From an uncultured Gammaproteobacteria bacterium (GTDB lineage: Bacteria; Patescibacteriota; Microgenomatia; Levybacterales; UBA12049), in assembly GCA_964460145.1 (NCBI GenBank), contig CAYWPH010000003.1:1-48184 (forward strand): a DNA stretch of 48,184 nucleotides. Direction: 5' to 3'. Numbering within the stretch: the stretch's first letter is position 1; each line of letters starts with the position of its first letter. Positions 32,555-42,029 of the stretch are shown here, in pieces. A program made the translations under genes and the position numbers. Under the pieces are notes generated by a model. That model was not told the DNA's origin and did no database searches. It saw only the letters and a list, made by a program, of their open reading frames with translations.

Positions 32555-32961
32555 TGGAGATGTCGGGAAGTGATCCCGAGTCCAAGAAAACATTTTAAAA
32601 ATGTCTACAAGCTTAGTTTATTGTTTTTTGATCACTTTACTCTTTGAAAATAAACATCCATAAGTAAAGCCAAGGTTATAAATTCGATAAGGAACTAACC
32701 ATCTTCCTTATTATTTCCTAGGCTAAGTTTATGCCCAAAATATTCCACCTAAGAGAGAATATTAAGAACACTCTAAACAGGGCTTAGGCGTATGCCAAAA
32801 CTGGCTGTCTTTGAGAACTGGCAGGCTCGCGAAGAATCGCAAGCTTTTCAGCTAACAATGCTTTTTTAGCATTTATTTTTTGATTTTTGTTTAGCGTCTA
32901 CTAATCAAAGACGGCTTGCATTTTTTAAAGTGCGAAATCTTGTCGATGCAATTGCATCCCC
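32555..32961 (-). ncRNA. ssrA: tmRNA (ssrA), ~407 nt
   Basis: The minus-strand 5' end GGGGAUGCAAUUGCAUCGACAAGAUUUCGC resembles the tmRNA 5' consensus. The 3' end UCGGG-AUCACUU-CCCGA-CAUCUCC-A forms a T arm plus a 7-bp acceptor with GGGGAUG, including the G3:U alanine identity pair. An internal ...GUUUUGGCAUACGCCUAA GCCCUGUUUAGAG resembles the E. coli tag end and following helix. Directly downstream of smpB. Confidence 0.75.
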
Positions 32962-32971
32962 AATAACATGA

Positions 32972-33000
32972 AGCTTACCACCTCGAAGCTAAAATGTCAA
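32972..33000 (-). promoter_or_regulatory. Candidate ssrA promoter
   Basis: Minus strand: TTGACA (33000..32995), 17 nt, TAAGCT (32977..32972), then 10 nt to the mature 5' G at 32961. Confidence 0.4.
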
Positions 33001-33002
33001 GT

Positions 33003-33437
33003 TTACGAGGCTAATTCTTGGTCTAAATTCCTTTGGAGATCTTTCTTTTTAATACTTTCCTTTTTATCATATTTTTTCTTTCCGCGTCCTAATGCTACTT
33101 CTAGCTTTACAAATCCATTTTTTAAATACATTGAAACTGGGATTAGAGAAAGATTACTTCCTTCAGTTTTTGATTTTAAAGAAATAATTTCTTTTTTATG
33201 CATTAAAAGTTTTCTTGTTCTGTGCTGGTCATATCCTTCAATTTGACCCGGTTGATAGGGAAATATTTTTGCATTTACAAGATATGCTTCAGAGCCTAAA
33301 ATACGAACAAAACTGCCTGATAAGTCAGCTTTACCTCCCCTTACTGATTTAACCTCATGGCCATATAAAGTAATTCCTGCTTCAAAAAAGTCTTGCAATT
33401 GATAATCAAAAAATGCACGTCTATTTGTAATCTTCAT
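33003..33437 (-). CDS. smpB: SsrA-binding protein SmpB
   Basis: 144 aa: NRRAFFDYQLQDFFEAGITLYGHEVKSVRGGKADLSGSFV...LLMHKKEI...GRGKKKYDKK. Confidence 0.9.
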   Translation of the reverse strand: MKITNRRAFFDYQLQDFFEAGITLYGHEVKSVRGGKADLSGSFVRILGSEAYLVNAKIFPYQPGQIEGYDQHRTRKLLMHKKEIISLKSKTEGSNLSLIPVSMYLKNGFVKLEVALGRGKKKYDKKESIKKKDLQRNLDQELAS

Positions 33438-33475
33438 TAGGCTTTATGATACGGCAAACTGAGGGAAATGGCAAT

Positions 33476-35293
33476 TTATTTAAGGTCTATTTGAAAGATT
33501 TTATTGTTATTTAAAACAAAGATTTTTTTATCCTTTTCCAAAACTTCAAAATCTTTAGCATTTTTAACTACTCCTGCTAAATATTGAGCTTTAAAATTTC
33601 CAGTTTTATCAAAAACTACAATCCTTGAATTTCCTTTATCCAAAACGTAGATATTATCAAAATCAGTATTCGCATAGATTTTAGACGGATTTGACAATGG
33701 TTTATCCAATCCTTTTAATGAAAAGTCCTGAGCTTGACCTTTAAAGTATTTGACAACGTTTCCATCGCTAAATAAAACGTAGACATTATTATCTATCGCA
33801 ATTGAGACAGCTTTTGAAAAATCAGGAGTAACACTTTCCGAAAAATAATTGGATTTTTGATATTCAGATCCTGAATTTACAAATTTCAATATTTGGTTTT
33901 TATCTTTATCTACGAGATATAAATTTGTATTATAAACAGCAATTCCTCCGATATCTTTCCAATCTTTATCATTTTCAAAAAGCGTTTTAGACAAAGCTTG
34001 TCCATTTATAATTGAAGTAAGTTTTGATGCATTTATAAGATATGTATTTTTATCATCCTTAGTAAAGTCAAGAGCACTTTCTTTTGTTTGGGTTGAAAGA
34101 TAGGGACTTTCTGAAAGACTTACCTCTGCTGCATCTACAGACTCTGATATTGCAGAAGAACCCAAAGCTGTATCAATTTTTGCTAAAAGCTCCAAAACTT
34201 GTTTTTCTTGACTGGAATCTTTAGGAAGAGTAGATTTACCATCATTTAAAATTTTCTTTGCCTGCTGGAAACTATCTTTTGCAAGCGTTTGATTTAAATC
34301 CATTAGACTTTGACCTTCTTCATATTTTTTCAAAGCTTGCGGATAAATACTTGCAAACTGACTTTGAACTTTTTCAACTCCTTGTTTTTGAAGAGCAAAA
34401 AATACGCTGCCTACAAACAAAATTACGATGACAACAACTATTAAAAGTATTATTTTTCTAGGCTGGCTAAGACCTGAGGCAGTTGGCATTCTTAATCTTT
34501 TAAAAATAGCGAAAGGAGAAAGAATTTTTGTTAAAAAACTTGTCTTTGGTTGTCCATTTTCTGTTGCAAAGTATCCGGTTCTATTTTCGCTTTGGTCTTG
34601 TTGAGATATAGGTTCTTGATGTACTTGTTCTTGGCTTTTTTCCTCCGGCGCAAATTCTTCCACTTTTATCTGCTCTTTATAATTTACGATTACTGCAGAA
34701 GCTGTTGGATTTTCTTTTTCATGAACAAGCGGTGCAAGATTTTCTGAAGCGTCAGCTATAGTTGAATTTTCTAAAAACTCCAAAAGAGTTGAGTCTGAAA
34801 TTACTTCAGAAAATTTTCTTGTCTGTAGAATTAGAACATCATCGTCTTGTAAAAAGCCGGATGCTTCTTTTAATGAGTCATTTCCCTGATCACTTGCTTC
34901 AAGAAGTGTTCCCAAAGTTCCATCTCTTTTAATATCAGCTTTTCCGTTTCCTAAGATATACAAATATAAAACGTTTCCAACAATTGATCCTGCTACAAAG
35001 GAAAGTGATACATTTTGGGGAACTTTTTGTAAAGTGGTTGAAACAGCCTGTTTTATAGATTCTAAATCTTTTGTCTCAAGAGTAAAAAATTCCTGTTCAA
35101 GTGTATTTAATATTTCTTTTCCAACTACGTTTAGATAGTCTTTTTCTTCCAAGTCGGGCTCTTTTTCTAAAGAAATTACTGCAAAAAGCTTTCCTGCACT
35201 ATACGCCTGAGACCAGCCGTAGGGAGTCGGGTTGGCTACGATTTTAGCAAAGTTTAAGTTAGATTCTGCCATATTTCTTCTATAGTATAACAA
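33476..35293 (-). CDS. Single-pass membrane protein with a beta-propeller-like extracytoplasmic repeat domain
   Basis: 605 aa with a mid-protein TM (IILLIVVVIVILFVGSVFFAL). C-terminal repeats of the form NLYLVDKDKNQILKF / NVYVLFSDGNVVKYF / NIYVLDKGNSRIVVFD / KIFVLNNNKIFQI. The N-terminal cytosolic domain is vaguely PP2C/SpoIIE-like. Confidence 0.4.
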   Translation of the reverse strand: MLYYRRNMAESNLNFAKIVANPTPYGWSQAYSAGKLFAVISLEKEPDLEEKDYLNVVGKEILNTLEQEFFTLETKDLESIKQAVSTTLQKVPQNVSLSFVAGSIVGNVLYLYILGNGKADIKRDGTLGTLLEASDQGNDSLKEASGFLQDDDVLILQTRKFSEVISDSTLLEFLENSTIADASENLAPLVHEKENPTASAVIVNYKEQIKVEEFAPEEKSQEQVHQEPISQQDQSENRTGYFATENGQPKTSFLTKILSPFAIFKRLRMPTASGLSQPRKIILLIVVVIVILFVGSVFFALQKQGVEKVQSQFASIYPQALKKYEEGQSLMDLNQTLAKDSFQQAKKILNDGKSTLPKDSSQEKQVLELLAKIDTALGSSAISESVDAAEVSLSESPYLSTQTKESALDFTKDDKNTYLINASKLTSIINGQALSKTLFENDKDWKDIGGIAVYNTNLYLVDKDKNQILKFVNSGSEYQKSNYFSESVTPDFSKAVSIAIDNNVYVLFSDGNVVKYFKGQAQDFSLKGLDKPLSNPSKIYANTDFDNIYVLDKGNSRIVVFDKTGNFKAQYLAGVVKNAKDFEVLEKDKKIFVLNNNKIFQIDLK

Positions 35294-35513
35294 GGGCTGT
35301 CAAAAAAAGCGAAACAGAGCCAATAATTAAAGCAATAATAATAGATTTTAATAAAAAAGAATCAGTGGTATCTTTAACTAAAGATTGCATTAATGTGACT
35401 TGTCTGAAAACAACGATTAAAAAAAGAATAAACATGAGATCAGTTGCAAGAAAAAACACTTTGGTAAGCGCAAGTATTAAATTATTTGCAAAAAGTAAGT
35501 TAAAGATGTCCAT
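35280..35513 (-). CDS. Small two-TM membrane protein
   Basis: 77 aa with two hydrophobic helices. Overlaps both neighbours by 14 nt, consistent with operon packing. Confidence 0.4.
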   Translation of the reverse strand: MDIFNLLFANNLILALTKVFFLATDLMFILFLIVVFRQVTLMQSLVKDTTDSFLLKSIIIALIIGSVSLFLTALVIL

Positions 35514-36180
35514 TTGGTTTTCCTATTAAATCTTCAATAATGTGAACTGCGTTTTCCGGCTGGGGTGCTGCCTCAAACTCAAAATTTGTATAGGTTCCGG
35601 CTGTTTGAACAAAAACATCACCATAGTTAAAAAATGTTCTTACTGCTCCGGATTGAATAAGGCTTACGTCTTGGATAAGAGAAAGCTTTGTTGCTGCAAT
35701 GTTTTTATAGATTAGCCCTGAAAAATCTATGTCGACAACTCTAATATTAGTTACAAAAGCAATATTAAAATACCAGGTAATAAAGTTTACATAGATATAT
35801 GTAAAAACTAGTAAATAATAAAAAGCCAAGAAAAATAGAATATATTTAGTTGGGAAACTGATAATTTGTCCTCCAAAATTAACAAACAAATACGCTAAAA
35901 GGGGAAGTAGAAGAAAGATAATGCTTACAAGAACCCATTTAAAATTTGTAATAATAGATCTTCTTATAAATAAAAGTATTTTTTCATCCTTTTCCTGGTT
36001 TTTGAAATATATTCCTTGGGGATTTTTATAAAACGCTGAGAAAAGATGCGCTCGTTTTTGAGGGAAATTAGTCTCGTTTAAGTTTTCCAAATGGGCACTT
36101 TTCTCTTGGGTTAAAGGCTCACTTAAAGTTGTGGCAGGATTTACTGTTTGTTTGTCCGTGGCAACAAAAATGTCTGGCAT
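35500..36180 (-). CDS. Two-TM membrane protein with a PH-like C-terminal domain
   Basis: 226 aa with a TM hairpin (VLVSIIFLLLPLLAYLFVNF / YILFFLAFYYLLVFTYIYVNFITWYF) followed by a soluble ~90-aa domain. Confidence 0.4.
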   Translation of the reverse strand: MPDIFVATDKQTVNPATTLSEPLTQEKSAHLENLNETNFPQKRAHLFSAFYKNPQGIYFKNQEKDEKILLFIRRSIITNFKWVLVSIIFLLLPLLAYLFVNFGGQIISFPTKYILFFLAFYYLLVFTYIYVNFITWYFNIAFVTNIRVVDIDFSGLIYKNIAATKLSLIQDVSLIQSGAVRTFFNYGDVFVQTAGTYTNFEFEAAPQPENAVHIIEDLIGKPNGHL

Positions 36181-36183
36181 AAA

Positions 36184-37884
36184 TTATCTTTGCTCTATAT
36201 TATACAATGGACCGACAATTTGTATATTGGCAGGTGCTCTTAGATTAAACCAATCTTTAAATTCAGAGCCACTAATTGAAGTTGAACCGCCGTCTCCTGA
36301 AATATTAACTGTTGTAGTTTTGCCTGCCCCAAAGTCAGCTGAGATAGAAACGCTTGAGACGTTTGTGTATGGAGTAATATTTCTGTTTCTTAACTCCTGT
36401 TTTACCTTATCCTCATTCCACGTGTCTGTTCCTGCAGGATTTGCCTTATCAGTTTGGTATAAATGTTCACTTATTGATCCATCTTTCTTTGCAAGTAGTA
36501 TTATATTTGTAATATCTGCAACTTCAGATGATTTTAGCCAAGCAGTTTTATTATATTGGCTTCTTGATCCCCAGTCACAATAAAACCAGGGAGAATCTTT
36601 GTCATAGGCGTTGGAATTAAGTTCTGAAAATCCTCCCGCAGAACCATTTGTCGTATCAGTTGCGTGTTTAGTATAAGATGTCCCTCCTCCCCAAACTTCA
36701 GCCGAGGTAAATACGTAACCACCATGGGTTGAAGCATACCAGGCTTTAATAGGACTTCCACCGCTAGTCATGACCAAGCCTTCTGTATTTTTCACAGCCT
36801 TCCCCCAATTTCCTGTTTTAGGATTAGGCTGAAAGACTTGACAACTCTCGCTTGTACAAATTTCTCCGGCGCCATTATTAGTATAAGCAAGGGCAAACGA
36901 TCTTGCCGCTATGGCTTGCGCTTCCAAAGCAGCCATGGGCCAGCTTTCGGGCATCTCGTAAATTCTTAGAGTATAATCTTCCAAGAGGAACTCTCCTTGC
37001 CCCTGGACTTTTACCTTAATGTTTGTGTCCCATTTAGTTACCTCAAAATTTGCGTAATAAGCTTTTAGAATATCGTCTCTTCCTTGACCTGCATCAGCTC
37101 GTCCTTTTGCTCCGTATTGATTCATGCCGACCCTATGAGGTGCTCCGTAAGTAAAGAAAGCAAATCTTGGAGAAAAGCCCGGATCTTTATCTCTATCATC
37201 GACACATCCTGAAAGTCCTGTACTTGCGGATCTTGGAATATTAAGACTTGCTAATCTTTGGGACAATATTTCCTGTTGTCTTGCCGAAATTTTTGCGATT
37301 TGGGAAGAAAGAGTTGCTTGATATGTTTTTGCCTCCGCTACGACTTTATCAAGTTTTTCTTTAACAACAACAATTTCTTTTTTCTCATTTTCAAGTTCTT
37401 TTTGCCTTTGTTCAAGATTTGTTATCGAGATAACGATATTTGTAATTATTGCCTTATCTCTATCTGTTGCAACTTTTTGATACTCTAGAGTTTGGGTTAA
37501 TTCTGAAACAGAGTTTGAGGAAAGCAAAAGAAGGAGAGGCGAATTGTAGTAGGATTTAATGTAAAAATCTCTGATCGTTGAATATAAAATTTGTTGCTGT
37601 TTTTCCAAATTTTTATAACTCTCATTTATATTTTTTTCTTTTACGACTAAATCTTTTTCTATAAAGTTAACTCTTGCCGAAATTGCATTAACCTGATCTT
37701 CCAAAGGTTTTGTCGCTTTTTCAGATTGGTTTTTTGCCTGGTTTAAATCGTCAAGACATTTACCTATTTGATCTAAATCCAAAGACGAGGGGTTTTCACA
37801 AGTTGAGCTTTGTGCATTTACAAAATGCACAAAAGCAAAGAAAGTAAAGATGGTAAAGATAAGTAAAAAGAGCAGTCTTTTCAT
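36184..37884 (-). CDS. SpoIID/LytB-domain cell-wall protein with an N-terminal coiled coil
   Basis: 566 aa with a signal peptide and coiled-coil region, followed by MAALEAQAIAARSFALAY, CTSESCQVFQP and AWYASTHGGY, which are SpoIID-domain motifs. Confidence 0.7.
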   Translation of the reverse strand: MKRLLFLLIFTIFTFFAFVHFVNAQSSTCENPSSLDLDQIGKCLDDLNQAKNQSEKATKPLEDQVNAISARVNFIEKDLVVKEKNINESYKNLEKQQQILYSTIRDFYIKSYYNSPLLLLLSSNSVSELTQTLEYQKVATDRDKAIITNIVISITNLEQRQKELENEKKEIVVVKEKLDKVVAEAKTYQATLSSQIAKISARQQEILSQRLASLNIPRSASTGLSGCVDDRDKDPGFSPRFAFFTYGAPHRVGMNQYGAKGRADAGQGRDDILKAYYANFEVTKWDTNIKVKVQGQGEFLLEDYTLRIYEMPESWPMAALEAQAIAARSFALAYTNNGAGEICTSESCQVFQPNPKTGNWGKAVKNTEGLVMTSGGSPIKAWYASTHGGYVFTSAEVWGGGTSYTKHATDTTNGSAGGFSELNSNAYDKDSPWFYCDWGSRSQYNKTAWLKSSEVADITNIILLAKKDGSISEHLYQTDKANPAGTDTWNEDKVKQELRNRNITPYTNVSSVSISADFGAGKTTTVNISGDGGSTSISGSEFKDWFNLRAPANIQIVGPLYNIEQR

Positions 37885-37972
37885 TGAGTAATCATTATAT
37901 CAGATTAACTTTCATATCTTGTTGCAAATTTTAAACTTATATGCTATTGTAACGCTTAAGGAAAGATTGCAG

Positions 37973-38575
37973 ATGGAAGAAAATCAAAATTTTGAAACGC
38001 CTGCTCAATTTGTTCCTGCCCCAAAGAGGAAAATCAGTAAAAGATTTATTTATCTTATTGGTTTTATTATCTTTTTATTTGTTGCTTTTTTGGGATATAG
38101 CATTTTAGGTTCTCAAACCTCTACGAATAATCAAAAAACTTCTCAAACACCAACACCTACTGAATTTATAATCCCAACCGATACGCCAACTCCAAGCGTG
38201 GAAGCAGAAAAAACACCAACTCCAACAGAAAAACCAACAGAGACACCGACTCCAAGGCCAACGCAAAATCCAGTTGATAGTACGACGGGCTTAAGCAGAA
38301 GTAATTTAAAAGTTACTGTTCAAAATGGAAGCGGAGAGGCGGGAGTTGCTAAAAAAGGAGTAGACTTTTTAGTCAGCCTTGGATATGATGTTTCTGCTCC
38401 TTCCAATGCTGAAAAGCAAGATTATACGGGCGTTACTGTTCAGGTAAAGGCAGCAAGCAGTAAATACTTAATTCTTCTTAAAAATGATCTATCAAAAGAA
38501 TATACTGTTTCATCGTCCTCATCAGATCTTAGTGATAGTTTTTCCACGGACGCTTTGGTTATAATAGGAAAGTAA
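37973..38575 (+). CDS. LytR_C-domain membrane protein with a Pro/Thr-rich linker
   Basis: 200 aa from ATG 37973 with one TM, a TPTPTE-type linker, and NLKVTVQNGSGEAGVAKKGVDFLVSLGYDV (LytR C-terminal domain pattern). An AAGGAAAG SD-like element lies upstream. Confidence 0.65.
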   Translation: MEENQNFETPAQFVPAPKRKISKRFIYLIGFIIFLFVAFLGYSILGSQTSTNNQKTSQTPTPTEFIIPTDTPTPSVEAEKTPTPTEKPTETPTPRPTQNPVDSTTGLSRSNLKVTVQNGSGEAGVAKKGVDFLVSLGYDVSAPSNAEKQDYTGVTVQVKAASSKYLILLKNDLSKEYTVSSSSSDLSDSFSTDALVIIGK

Positions 38576-39015
38576 TGACTATTTTCTTAGGCGCTGACCA
38601 CAGAGGTTTTGAATTAAAAAAAGCTCTTATTGCTTGGCTTTTGGATAATGGTTTTGAGATTGAAGACCAAGGGGCAGACGAGTTTTTAGATAACGATGAT
38701 TTTGTAGAGTATGCAGTTAGTGTTGGGGAAAAAGTGTCAAAAGACGAAAACTCAAAAGGTATTGTTATTTGCGGATCAGGAGCAGGTGTTGAAATTGCAG
38801 CTAATAAAGTTAAGCTAGTTAGGTGTTCATTAGGTCAATCAGTAGGGCAAATTACAAAAGCAAGAGAGGCAGATGACATTAATATTTTGGCAATAGCGTC
38901 TGATTTTACCGATAGTCAAAAGGCAAAGAATTTAGTTGAAGCTTTTTTGAAAACCCCATTTATTCCAAACGAAAATCACCTCAGAAGAATTGAAAAGATT
39001 AAAAATATTGAGTAA
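38575..39015 (+). CDS. rpiB: Ribose-5-phosphate isomerase B
   Basis: 146 aa with LGADHRGFELKKAL and ICGSGAGVEIAANK. TAATG overlap with the upstream gene. Confidence 0.85.
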   Translation: MTIFLGADHRGFELKKALIAWLLDNGFEIEDQGADEFLDNDDFVEYAVSVGEKVSKDENSKGIVICGSGAGVEIAANKVKLVRCSLGQSVGQITKAREADDINILAIASDFTDSQKAKNLVEAFLKTPFIPNENHLRRIEKIKNIE

Positions 39016-39018
39016 TTT

Positions 39019-39648
39019 ATGCAAGTAATTCCAGGTATTTTGGAAAACAATTGGGGATTAGTTTTGGAAAAACTAGAAAAAGTAAAAAGTTTTTCAAATA
39101 CAGTCCATATAGATGTAATTGACGGGAAATTTTCTCCAAATACAAGCTTTTTGGATCCACAACCTTTCTTAGCATATACTAAAGAACTTTTTTTCGAAGT
39201 TCATTTAATGACAGATAATCCAATAGAGTATCTAGAGCCTTTTGCAAAAGCTGGCTTTAAAAGATTTATCGGACACGTTGAAAAAATGCCAGATGTAGCT
39301 GAGTTTGTAGCAAGAGGACAAAGCTTAGGTGAAGTAGGGCTTGGACTTGATCTTCCAACAGGTATAGATAAGATTAATGTTTCATTTGATGATTTAGATC
39401 TAATTCTAATAATGGGGGTAACAGCAGGCGCTTCAGGACAGGTTTTTATGCCCCAGATATTGGAAAAAATAAAGGCAATGAGGGCAAAAACTAATATCAT
39501 AATTGAAGTTGATGGAGGAATAAATGATAAAAACATTGCTGACATTAAAAATGCTGGTGCAAATAGGTTTGTAACAACGAGTTTTGTATTTAATAGTTCT
39601 GATTCAATAAGAGCATATAAAACGCTTGTTGATCTAACTATGCATTAA
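39019..39648 (+). CDS. rpe: Ribulose-phosphate 3-epimerase
   Basis: 209 aa with VHIDVIDGKFSPNTSF, EVHLMT, and VDGGIN near the C-terminus. Confidence 0.8.
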   Translation: MQVIPGILENNWGLVLEKLEKVKSFSNTVHIDVIDGKFSPNTSFLDPQPFLAYTKELFFEVHLMTDNPIEYLEPFAKAGFKRFIGHVEKMPDVAEFVARGQSLGEVGLGLDLPTGIDKINVSFDDLDLILIMGVTAGASGQVFMPQILEKIKAMRAKTNIIIEVDGGINDKNIADIKNAGANRFVTTSFVFNSSDSIRAYKTLVDLTMH

Positions 39649-41966
39649 AGGGGTTGTAACATTCCACTTGGAGTAGCTATTTGACTGCAGCTGACATTAG
39701 TTTCCGTTCCTTTTATAAAATATTCTACTCTTACCCCACATTTTTTCTGCACAACGTTATCAGGCATTTTATAAGAAACAGTATTAACATTTCCAAGCAA
39801 ATTTGACATTATTTTGTTCCAAATTGGAGCAGCGCCTGTAATACCCGAGGCAAGGCTTTGGCTCATTGGAGTATTGTCATTATTGCCAACCCAAACGGAA
39901 ACCAAGTAAGAAGGCGTAAAGCCAATTGTCCAGTTATCTCTTTTATTATCAGTTGTTCCTGTTTTAACAGAAACAGTGTGTCTTGGGATATTTAATGGAG
40001 AATTTGACCCAAATTCCCAGCTTCTTGCGTTATTATCCGCCAAAATATTTGAAATGATAAAAGCTACTCCACTGTCAAGCACCTGTCTTTTTTCTATTCC
40101 GTTCTTTTGATATAAAACTTCACCTGAATAATTAGTTATTTTTAAAATTGGATTTACATCAACTCTTTGGCCTTGGTTTGCAACCGTTCCATATGCGGTT
40201 GCCATGTCTGTCATTTTAACTTCGGCAGCACCAAGTGTAAGTGAAAGTCCATATCTTTGTGGATCGTTCCAAGTTGTGATTCCCATTTTTTTGGCTGTTG
40301 CAATCATAGTTGGAATACCAATTTTTGCAAGTGTTTTTACCGCCGGGATATTAAAAGAATTTGCAAAAGCAATTCTTAAAGGAACTCTTCCATGGAATGC
40401 TCCGTCATAATTTACAGGAGAATAATCAGGAGCTCCTGCTACTCGATAAGTTACAGGAGAGTCGTCTAATATAGTTGCTGCGGTAAAGCCGTTAGACATT
40501 GCAGCAGCGTATGTTACGACTTTTATAGAAGAACCAGGTTGTCGAAGACTAGTTGTAAGATTTACATTTCCTCCGTTTGGATCGTCATAGTCTCTACTTC
40601 CTACCATTGCTAAAATATCTCCATTTTTAGGATTTGTAACTAAAGCTGCTCCGTTTGTAAGATTTAAATAGGTGTTACTGTCCACTTCAGTTCTAACTAT
40701 TTCTTGTGCTGCGTCTTGGGTTTTTAGATCTAAAGATGTAGTAACAATCAGTCCGCCTTTTTCAACCATTGTAAGACCGTATTTTTTAATAAGGAGGTCT
40801 TTTACATACATTACAAAATGAGGAGCATAAATAGGAGTTTGTGGAGTTTCAAAAACCAAAAGTTCATCTAATGCTTCTTGTGCATTTTTTTTGGTAATGA
40901 AATTTAAAGAAACCATTTTATTTAAGACGTCTCTTTGTCTTCTCTTCCAAAGATTTGGGTTTTCTCCAAAAGGGGAATAGTCACTTGGGGCTTGTGGCAT
41001 TCCGGCTAAAAATGCACTTTGGGCAAGGGTTAAGTTTTTAACACTTTTACCAAAATAACTTTGGGCTGCTGACTCTACTCCCCAAGCAGTTCCTCCGTAT
41101 GCAACTTGGTTAAAGTACATTTCAATAATCTGGTCTTTTGTATAGATTTTTTCAGCCCAGAAAGCCAAAACTATTTCTTTGAATTTTCTTTCAATTGTCC
41201 GCTCAGGCGTTAGGAGAGTTGATTTAATAAGCTGCTGAGTTATTGTTGAGCCTCCTTGAATTGGCTTTCCTGAAAGATTAGCAATTGCAGATCTAATTAT
41301 GGCGTTAGTATCAAAGCCAGGATTTGTATAGAAATCCTTATCTTCAATCGCAATCGTTGCATTTATTAAATCTTTTGGAATAGAGGATAAGGGAACTAAC
41401 GTTCTATTCTCATTAGCATAAATTTGGTACAAAAGCTTTCCATTTCTATCATATATTTTGGTTGTTTGGGGAATTTGTCTATTAGCCAGTTGTTTTGGAC
41501 TAGGAAGGCTATTTAGGAAAAAATATGTTGAAATTGGAGTTAGTACAAAAACAATGCAGATTAAAAATCCAAATACAAAATATTTAAACTTTATCCGTAA
41601 GTATCTGGGTTTTGGATAAACTGAGACAGCATTTTTTTCGATTTCTTTTAGCTTTGCTTTCTCTTTTCCTTCAAGTCTTTTTTTCTTTCCTCTAAGTTTT
41701 CTTCTGAAAGCTTTTAAAGAAAGCAGGAGTCTAAATTTAGCAAGTTTTCCCTTTGTATCAAGTTTTTTAAAGCTAGAGGTTATTCTATTTTTAATTAAAC
41801 CAACAGTTTCCTTAGTCGTTTTAAAGATAGCTTTGGGAGTATTTAAAATTAATTTTATAAGCCAGAGAGAGATTATAGATAGCGCCTTGCTATAAAAAAG
41901 CACGAAGTCACCTATGGTTGCAAGACCAAATAATATTAGAGTAATAATGTACGTTAAAAACTTCAT
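39645..41966 (-). CDS. Class A penicillin-binding protein (glycosyltransferase + transpeptidase) with a ~130-aa N-terminal extension
   Basis: 773 aa. GT51 motifs: AIEDKDFYTNPGFD, GGSTITQQL, RKFKE. Transpeptidase motifs: PGSSIK, SFN, KTGTT. Confidence 0.85.
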   Translation of the reverse strand: MKFLTYIITLILFGLATIGDFVLFYSKALSIISLWLIKLILNTPKAIFKTTKETVGLIKNRITSSFKKLDTKGKLAKFRLLLSLKAFRRKLRGKKKRLEGKEKAKLKEIEKNAVSVYPKPRYLRIKFKYFVFGFLICIVFVLTPISTYFFLNSLPSPKQLANRQIPQTTKIYDRNGKLLYQIYANENRTLVPLSSIPKDLINATIAIEDKDFYTNPGFDTNAIIRSAIANLSGKPIQGGSTITQQLIKSTLLTPERTIERKFKEIVLAFWAEKIYTKDQIIEMYFNQVAYGGTAWGVESAAQSYFGKSVKNLTLAQSAFLAGMPQAPSDYSPFGENPNLWKRRQRDVLNKMVSLNFITKKNAQEALDELLVFETPQTPIYAPHFVMYVKDLLIKKYGLTMVEKGGLIVTTSLDLKTQDAAQEIVRTEVDSNTYLNLTNGAALVTNPKNGDILAMVGSRDYDDPNGGNVNLTTSLRQPGSSIKVVTYAAAMSNGFTAATILDDSPVTYRVAGAPDYSPVNYDGAFHGRVPLRIAFANSFNIPAVKTLAKIGIPTMIATAKKMGITTWNDPQRYGLSLTLGAAEVKMTDMATAYGTVANQGQRVDVNPILKITNYSGEVLYQKNGIEKRQVLDSGVAFIISNILADNNARSWEFGSNSPLNIPRHTVSVKTGTTDNKRDNWTIGFTPSYLVSVWVGNNDNTPMSQSLASGITGAAPIWNKIMSNLLGNVNTVSYKMPDNVVQKKCGVRVEYFIKGTETNVSCSQIATPSGMLQPL

Positions 41967-42029
41967 AAAACTGATACCTAAAATAGAGTTGATGGATTAT
42001 ACTATAGGTATAGATTTTTTAAAAGAGGC

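Noticed and set aside
38140-38280. Repetitive ACACCAAC/ACTCCAAC nucleotide pattern
   Set aside because: It encodes the Pro/Thr-rich linker (TPTPTE..TPTPS..TPTPTEKPTETPTPRPT) of the LytR_C protein. This is ordinary low-complexity coding sequence, not a regulatory or CRISPR-like repeat.
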